The position numbers were made by a program, and so were the translations under genes. A DNA stretch of 64,000 nucleotides from a virus: positions 1 to 64,000 of IMG/VR virus record IMGVR_UViG_3300046007_003718. One strand, 5' to 3'. This document shows positions 60,791-64,000 of the stretch, in pieces. The notes beneath the pieces were generated by a model that worked only from the letters and a program-made list of their open reading frames with translations, was not told the DNA's origin and searched no databases. How positions within the stretch are numbered: the first letter of the stretch is position 1; every line of letters begins with the position of its first letter.

Positions 60791-60939
60791 ATGAATCTCC
60801 TTTAGGTCGTATTGACGATATAACAGTAACTTAGCATAGGTACTATAGGAGATGCAAGTGTAACTATAATCGCATTTATACGGAGATATTCGCGGGGCGT
60901 TTAAACGCTGAGTCCACGGGGGCGTACAAACGCTGACCT

Positions 60940-62133
60940 CTACTTCTCGTCAAGAGGAGGAGCGTCTGGAATGGAGCGGATAAACTCCTCAACGATAGCC
61001 TCCTCTTGCTCCCCGATTTTCTTATCAACGCGCTTCTTAAACTCGTCAATCTGCGCCTTGTATTGATCGGGGAATAGAGCCTGCATTTGTTCGATAGAAA
61101 CAAGGACGGTTGCCATCGCGCTTGCAAATTCAGAAAGAGAAGAAACAATCGCCCTTCCATTTGGAGTGTCTACGATCTCTGCCAACTCGTCGGGTGGAAT
61201 TTTAGCCATTTTAATATCCACTTCAGAACCGATGGCGCTAAGAAGGTTGTGAATGCCCTCCATAATCACGATTGCCATCTCGCTGATGTTCATCTCTTTT
61301 GCCGTTTCCCAATTGGCATTTATAATCATCTTTAACTTGTCGGGCACTTTATCATCTTTAGGCATAATAATTATCTAACTAACTTTCTAATAGAATTTAA
61401 TAGGATTTAACTATCTAACTAACTTAAATTAGTCCCATCTTACGAAATGGGGATGTGCATCCTACAGGGCACCAACCATCCATCTCTACATATTCACCGT
61501 GGGGGCAAATTAGGTGAAAGTCGAAAGGGTCATTGCCTTCCATCTCCCAATCATCTGGTAGCAAATCTTCTAGAGTCTCCCAAAGACCATCATACTTGCT
61601 CATCATCACCCTCTCGTAAATAAATTAATAAACTATCTATCTGACTATTTACTGCTGAAAGATTCTCCATCATAGTTTTCTTAATCTTATCAGATTTTGA
61701 TTCATGAAACAACTGCATTAGTTCATCTCTTTCCAAGAATAGATTAACTAACTTATTTGAAAGATACAACTTTTGTTCAGCGATTTCTTTTTGTTCAAGT
61801 GCTTCTGCCATCTTTTTCCAAAGATGCTCTGCTTGATAAAAACGCCACGGGTCTTTTTCTTTATCTTCACTCACTACTTAAATTTTCGTTCTTTTCGTTA
61901 GAAAGAGCCTTTTCCTTAGCAGACCGCGATGCTAAACGGAATAAATCACCATCTGCATTTTTTGAAGCCCATATTGAGAGTCCACGCTTTTTTGTCTTTG
62001 CAATAACATGCAATTTATCTCCAGAGATGTGGCATTTGCCCGGAGTGTGCGTTTCGGGGTCTTGCCAAACTTTCTTTTCTTTCCAGCCTTTAATTTCTTC
62101 AGGCGGGTTGCGACCTTCTCCCAATGGCTCCAT
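60940..62133 (-). CDS. Hypothetical genes (60940-61365, 61424-61609, 61590-61874, 61867-62133)
   Basis: Packed ORFs. Confidence 0.5.
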
Positions 62134-62137
62134 TTGT

Positions 62138-63022
62138 TTATCCTTCCTGTGATCTGAATACGTTTGGCGCGATTCTTTGAAGTTGTATACGGACAAGTTT
62201 TGCAACTTCTTGGAACATAGCATCTGCTTCTGGGGTGTCGCGCTTTTGTAGATATTCATACCAAGACCTAAGATTGCCTGTGATAACCATCTTTGTTTCC
62301 GTACATTCTGGAAGGATTGCTCTCGCCGCCTCTCGGCTTTGCTTCTTAAGTGCAAAAGAGTCCTCCCCAATACTATTGTAAAGATCGCTAAGGTTATCAA
62401 CATACTTCTTTCCAACCTTTTCGCCATAATTCAAAAACTCCTTCTCAATATTCTTCTCTCTCCACAGAGCGGGAGGAATAACTAACTCAACCTTGTCGGG
62501 TACAAAAAATCTTTGAGAAAGTTGTGAATAATTAAAATGACGATGCCTGACCTGTTCATGACTCCAATAACGCGGGACTCTATCAACATAGATGGAAACA
62601 TGAGTATGTTCTAAAATTGAATAGTGACCCACTTCCATAATATGTTCAAGATAGTCTGACGCATTCTTTCGCCCTGCCTTGTCACCAAATGATTGATAAC
62701 AAATTCTTCCAGCAAAGATTGGAACCTGTTCTTCTAAAGCAGAGTCATCCTCAATCTTATGACCAAACAATTCCGACAACTCTCTAAAGGGAGAGGGATA
62801 TTTAAATGAATCCCACATCGGACGAGATGACTGAATCGCCACCACGCGAGGTTTGCCAAGGAAAACACGGCTGTATTTACCCTCAAACACAAGACGAGAT
62901 ACATCACCCCACACACCTGTAAAGGTGTCTTTTTCAACGTATTCCTTTAGGGGTGTCGTTACATCTGACTTAAATAAACTTAAAAGTGATTTCATAACTA
63001 GAATGGCCTTCTCATTCCACAC
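62138..63022 (-). CDS. thyX: FAD-dependent thymidylate synthase
   Basis: AGRICYQS, GH.SILEH, RHRHFNYSQLSQR, REAAR..LP, TGNLRSW. Confidence 0.95.
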   Translation of the reverse strand: MWNEKAILVMKSLLSLFKSDVTTPLKEYVEKDTFTGVWGDVSRLVFEGKYSRVFLGKPRVVAIQSSRPMWDSFKYPSPFRELSELFGHKIEDDSALEEQVPIFAGRICYQSFGDKAGRKNASDYLEHIMEVGHYSILEHTHVSIYVDRVPRYWSHEQVRHRHFNYSQLSQRFFVPDKVELVIPPALWREKNIEKEFLNYGEKVGKKYVDNLSDLYNSIGEDSFALKKQSREAARAILPECTETKMVITGNLRSWYEYLQKRDTPEADAMFQEVAKLVRIQLQRIAPNVFRSQEG

Positions 63023-63831
63023 TTGTCACATCTTGTTAAATAATGACGATGAGGGCCAGAACAATCTGGTTCATCGCAGCCCCATTCCTCTTTTGGTAGT
63101 GGAGACTTGCCAAAATTTCTTGGAGTAACATTTGAAGAGAACTTACCCTCTAGAATCTTTCGTGAATGCATATCGGTGCCAAGATACTTCAAAGGTCCAG
63201 TAGTGGTTCCTTCGGGGATACCATCTCTAACCGGATCCATTACTTTAACTTTAATTGGCTTATCTTTATTATCACTCATCTAACTAACTCCCTATGGTGT
63301 AATTAAGGAACCACCACCAACGGCTCCCGCTGCTGCTGCTCCTTGCATCATACCAGCCAGTTGTCCAAGAACAAAGGCTAGATTAGCAATGCTATTAAAT
63401 CTTCCGGCAAAATTGATTGCTTCATCAACATTTAGAAACAATTCACTCTTATTACCATTAATATCTGTGACAAGCAACTTAACTCCAAGACCATACAGAG
63501 GATGTTCACTAATCCCGACTGAAATACCCTTATTGTTAGAAGCCGAAGGCTCTTCTTGTGCTTGCTTCTCTTCTTCTGACATAATTACCTTTCTTATTTA
63601 AAATTTCCACGGCTTAGAATCAAACAATGTTAATTGATTGTTAAAATCCTCAACCTCGGGAGTTTCTACGCTGGCAGACTTTTCTGCTAGATCTAATCTT
63701 TCTCCATCAGATCTAACTGAGATACCCATATCATCTATTACAATAGATATTCTATCAGTCGCATTAACTTTTGTTTCAAACGGCATCTCGTTATCTTTAT
63801 CAATGCGAATTCTAATCATCTGACTCATCAT
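62998..63831 (-). CDS. Three small hypothetical genes (62998-63279, 63292-63582, 63598-63831)
   Basis: Packed ORFs. Confidence 0.5.
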
Positions 63832-64000
63832 CCACCTCTTTCCAAAATCTAAATACTGGACTAATAAGCCCAGCGCGAATTGCCGCAGCAACCGCTGACG
63901 GAGGGATTCCTATATTCATATATTCTTCCACTTCCCGGATTGTAATTGATTCTGTTCTCTGCTCTACTTCAAAATTCCGGGTTAACTGCACATACATTAC

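Noticed and set aside
42170-63823. Plus-strand ORFs in the ORF track
   Set aside because: They are antisense shadows of minus-strand genes that have RBS, promoters and motifs.

Overview
The window is part of a large tailed-phage genome, a contractile-tail myovirus resembling the big actinobacteriophages of the Bxz1/Myrna type. Essentially all credible genes are on the minus strand. Bases 1-37 kb are an AT-rich virion module: baseplate, hub with cell-wall hydrolases, tape measure, frameshifting tail chaperones, tube, sheath, neck, capsid, protease/scaffold, three glycosyltransferases and a 2165-aa repeat polyprotein. At about 41.6 kb composition switches abruptly to very GC-rich DNA, which then grades back to AT-rich by about 61 kb. 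This second part is a putative early region of small genes with many sigma70-like promoters, a split UvrD/PcrA helicase, an SprT-like protein and ThyX. Four non-coding signals stand out: (i) an RNA cassette at 55.5-55.9 kb made of a type I hammerhead ribozyme, a ~210-nt highly paired RNA and a tRNA-like RNA without an anticodon loop under its own promoter; (ii) a dispersed RNNTAAACG box at a fixed position upstream of about 11 promoters, often doubling as the upstream gene's stop codon; (iii) four copies of a CCCATGCTAG-core element with helically phased GGCC arms; (iv) an iteron-like TTG/CAA tract next to the helicase. All calls come from reading the sequence by eye; no searches were run.
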